IMG/VR virus record: IMGVR_UViG_3300044821_000131
Span: 1 to 64,000 of that record
Length of the DNA: 64,000 nt
Strand: one strand, 5' to 3'
This document shows, piece by piece, positions 60,301 to 64,000 of the stretch (within the stretch, counting starts at the first letter, position 1; every line of letters starts with the position of its first letter). Both the position numbers and the translations under genes were made by a program. The notes beneath the pieces are model-generated. The model was not told the origin of the DNA, did no database searches, and saw only the letters and a program-made list of their open reading frames with translations.

Positions 60301-63300
60301 ATGCCAACAAACCCAATTATCCATACTGCCCGTGCTGAAACGGTAATGCTTAGTCTGTGCGATGAAATAGATTATCTTCGACATGAACTTGAAGCTTCTC
60401 AAGAACGTGAACGTCAATTACGGTTGGCCTACGCCAAGCTGCAGAATGATTGCATTCAAGATAGTTATAGCACTATTGGCGCGGTGTTGACACACCTATT
60501 GAAACCAACAATGCCTGGTGCACAAGCAAAACCACACGATGAAATCAAAACAAACCAAAGTACCAGTCCTGAAGCCTGAAGAAGTTCTTTACGATCTGGA
60601 TGACACGGCGTTGGAGCAAGGCGGAGTATTGCGGTGTTGCCTTGCCTTCGTGGCCTCTGAGTATGAAGGCAAGAAGGTGAAGCTGGGCGATAAAAGTTCT
60701 TGCCGGTATTGTAACACAACTTTCACACTCGTGATGGTTCCTCCGGGCATGCTGTCGTGTTATACCAAGAAGGTACTTAAAACAACGCCAGTCTGGAAAC
60801 CGGACTGGCAACTAAAGGAAGAGCATGGGCCACAGATTCTATCCTAAGCATGGTAATGTTCAGCCTCCCGTAGTGCCATCTGTACGTTGGTTGCCCAGGT
60901 GGTTTTGGATAATTTACTGGCGCTTTAAAGCCCGGTCTGATGACCAATTCTGCATCTGGGCAAAGTCGTGCGAGGGCGAAGGTTGGTATTGTGAAGATGA
61001 TATGGGAGGCACTAAATATACGGATGATCCGACAAAGGCTGAAGTGTATTATGTTTATGAATTGCTCCAGTATCTACGCGGCACGTATGTCCATAAAACC
61101 CCAGTACGTCTGGTTAGAATGAAGTATGACCGCAATCCGTGAAACAATGAAAGGAAAAGTTTGATTTATGAATAATAACTATACAGATACACAGTTGAAA
61201 CTCTTACTGGCGAAGATGTTGCCGGAGAAGCTTTGTTGGGTAATAGAAGACAGTCCCGCAACTCTATGCCGGAGAAACAGTGTTGTTCCAGTCCTCGACA
61301 CCGAGCTCCTGGATCTTTGTTGGTGGGTGGAGGAGGAACTTGGTCTGTTCGAGCGTTCAAAATATGCTTGGAATTTGTTATGTGCCTTAATTGCTGACAG
61401 CTTTGAGTTTGGAAACAACTGTTTCTCTATATCATGGCGACAGTTATTTCATGTCACTCACGCCACATGGCAACAACGTGTAATAGCACTAGCTAAAGTG
61501 AAAGGAATTGAGATTGTATGAAAACAGCAGAAGAGTGGATACAAGAAAACAATCCACTGCTCCTTGTGGGTGGCGGAACATATAACGGCATCCTAGAACG
61601 ATACAAACAAATCCAACTCGACGCCATGGAAGAAGGTATGAGGAGGGCAGACAAAGAGCAACGTCAACAATTAGAAAGCACCTTTAGAGCCTTAGGCTGG
61701 AATCTTGAGGTATTAGAAGTGGCTCAAAATGCTAACTCAAAAGCCATCCTCACCACTGCCGACCAACTAACCGAGAAAGATTTATGCCCAACTCGACGCC
61801 ACAACAGCCGGCTGATGAGTTAGCGGAGAAGGTTGCGGCTTCATGTGCTTTAGGCCCAATACTAACATCAATTATCAAACAAAAAATCCTCGACGAACTC
61901 AACCTCGCATCACTCATTGAGGATAGGATGAAGGCCGTGAAGTCGCTGGCTGAACTGCGAGATGCCGTGAAGCGTACCGTGAATCTGGACGACTGTGGCC
62001 ATGCTGACGGCGTGAGCCTCATTCTTGTGGATGCCGTCAAAAACGCTGACGAAGTGCTGAACATATCCGCACCGCAATCCGTGAAGCAATGAAAAGCAAA
62101 CAATGAACACTGACACACCAGAGACTGATTTATGCGTAAAATCAGCCGATAGATATGGCGACCGAGATGTGGTTCCGGCGACCATCGCCCGCCAACTCAA
62201 ACGCGAACTAGACCAAGCCAAAGAACTAATGAAAACCGCCGCAATCTGGATTGAGGCGTGTCCATTTGAAAATTCAATTCCGCTCGGACTAAAACTGCGC
62301 AACGCCGCGATGCCCGAAGTGGAGGGCGTAGAGGCCTTGGCAACTGGTTCGGCGACTCCGATCACGATAGCAGATGCCATCGCTGAATACAAAGCCACGC
62401 GAGGAACGTCGGCTGTCAATCTACTGCATAAAGTACTCGACCAAATAATCGGTCTCCGCTGCCCGCAATGCGGAGAAGACATAAAGGTCACGCTGGAATG
62501 AAACCTGACTGTCAACTTGTGAAATAACATGTACTCACATCAAATTAGTGAAATGGCTGAATTGTTGGCCAAAACCGTCAAGCTACCTATGGAGCCGGCT
62601 GCGAGAACCGCCATGATTTTGGATTTTGTTCATGCTCTCAGTAATTACTGGAGTGACAAAATAGCTATCACTTGGTCTCTCGACGACGTTCGGCATGTGG
62701 CAGAGATGCATGCTGAGGACTATACCTGTTCTGAGGCTCAGTTGCGCGAATGCCTGCACAACATACTGCATGGAAGCTCCGCGGACATAGGTGTAACGTG
62801 GGCGACGATTGACGATGAATTACAGCACCTGACCAGCGATGAAAAAACAACCTGCTTATCCTGTCACGCCAGAGCTTGATAAGGTGAAGGCCGTGCACGA
62901 GAAGGCTCAAGCCATCGGAGAGTTTTTAGATATCTTCCTTTCTGAAAAGGGAGGTTACTCGATCGGCCGACCGCACAAGCATGGCCCACAATGTGGCGTA
63001 ATTTTTGAAGACGATAGCCCAAGCTGTGGTTATCGAACTGGCGAATTCGAGGCATTGAATGGCGCTATTGAACAGCGCCTTGCTGAGTTCTTCGGTATTG
63101 ATCTCAAGAAGGTTGAACGCGAACGCCGGCAGGTTTTAGACTACATACAAACTCTCAATGACAGATAAAACTGAATCCCCTACACTCTCGGATAGCATAC
63201 TCCCGATTTGTCCGCTTTGTGGTCGGGTTTTAACCACTGATGATAAGCTAATTTTGCATTACAACATTACCAGGAAATATTGGGTGACGTCACACTTGGT

Positions 63301-63406
63301 GAAGCGGGACAACGGTGAGCTCGCTCTTCGGGATTTCTCCGGACAACTCTGTCAATGGACGAGTAGATGTGCCTGTGCAGATATACAAACAGTGATAGAT
63401 AGATGA
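60301..63406 (+). CDS. Run of small hypothetical ORFs (60301-60579, about 60538-60847, 60825-61142, 61168-61521, 61518-61823, 61784-62092, 62103-62501, 62529-62879, 62839-63168, 63158-63406)
   Basis: Dense co-oriented chain; no motifs recognised. Confidence 0.55.
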
Positions 63407-63455
63407 ATTATGACTGAATCCGAATCGAACCGGCGCCGCCTGCGAGCAAAACTTT

Positions 63456-63977
63456 ATGAGACACCAACTAAAGCTATGGCCTGAATATTTCAAGGCCGTA
63501 GCTACTGGAACGAGAACTTTCGAGGTGCGTGAAAATGACCGCAACTTCAAGGTGGGTGATGTGCTGGAACTCCGCGAATGGATACCGCAGCAAAATGATC
63601 CCGAATGTGAAATCCATTACTACCTCATGGGTGATGGTAACTGCACCTGTGGCACAAAAGGCAAATACACAGGGCGGCGCCTCGAATTTCGAGTGACCTA
63701 CATGACAGACTTTGGTCAACCGGACAATCAGGTAGTCATGGCTATTATCCCTAACATGCACAAAAATCAATGGCAATTAATCGAAACCGCTCCGCTTGAT
63801 AGCACAGTCATAGATATATGGTCTGCCAGCGAGGGCAGGCTGACAAACTATCGGCGCGTGAAACTGTCAAAAGACAACATCTTTTACGACCCTGACGAAT
63901 CTGGTGCCTGCTGCATCCGTGATGCAACTCATTGGATGTCGATACCGAATCCGCCGAACGCAAAGGAACGAATATGA
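63456..63977 (+). CDS. DUF3850 (ASCH/PUA-like) domain fused to a DUF551-like C-terminus
   Basis: [40 protein letters not shown]; WQLIETAP...[10 protein letters not shown]. Confidence 0.75.
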   Translation: MRHQLKLWPEYFKAVATGTRTFEVRENDRNFKVGDVLELREWIPQQNDPECEIHYYLMGDGNCTCGTKGKYTGRRLEFRVTYMTDFGQPDNQVVMAIIPNMHKNQWQLIETAPLDSTVIDIWSASEGRLTNYRRVKLSKDNIFYDPDESGACCIRDATHWMSIPNPPNAKERI

Positions 63978-64000
63978 AATGCCCTAAATGCAACCATGAA

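Noticed and set aside
63953-63977. GCCGAACgcaaagga as another attC
   Set aside because: Core-like 7-mer only; no pairing arm visible before the window ends
1-64000. Stop-codon reassignment, or a bacterial chromosome origin
   Set aside because: Conserved genes are full length in the standard code; single-strand layout, portal-like gene, phage-type ThyX/PolA and lack of housekeeping operons indicate a phage

Overview
A 64 kb slice of a large (jumbo-type) dsDNA bacteriophage genome. All convincing genes are on the + strand. It holds a replication block (ThyX, primase, HerA-like ATPase, UDG-like/PolA fusion with a mini-intein, RecA-like, RecQ), an intein-bearing putative portal plus probable virion proteins, nucleotide-pool enzymes, two separated pieces of an RNA polymerase beta subunit (one fused to a 2H phosphoesterase, one with an intein), a Ycf46-like AAA operon, a complete tmRNA and many small hypothetical ORFs. 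The most striking unexplained structure is two runs of integron attC sites (about 32.7-33.9 kb and 39.8-43.4 kb). No integrase is seen in the window. The attC polarity is opposite to the small genes between them, start codons lie inside the attC sites, and cassette ends are complementary as expected from IntI-type assembly. There are also five dispersed, near-identical hexapeptide-repeat genes with variable 18-bp repeat number. All family assignments come from motif recognition by eye, not from database searches. Host is not determined.
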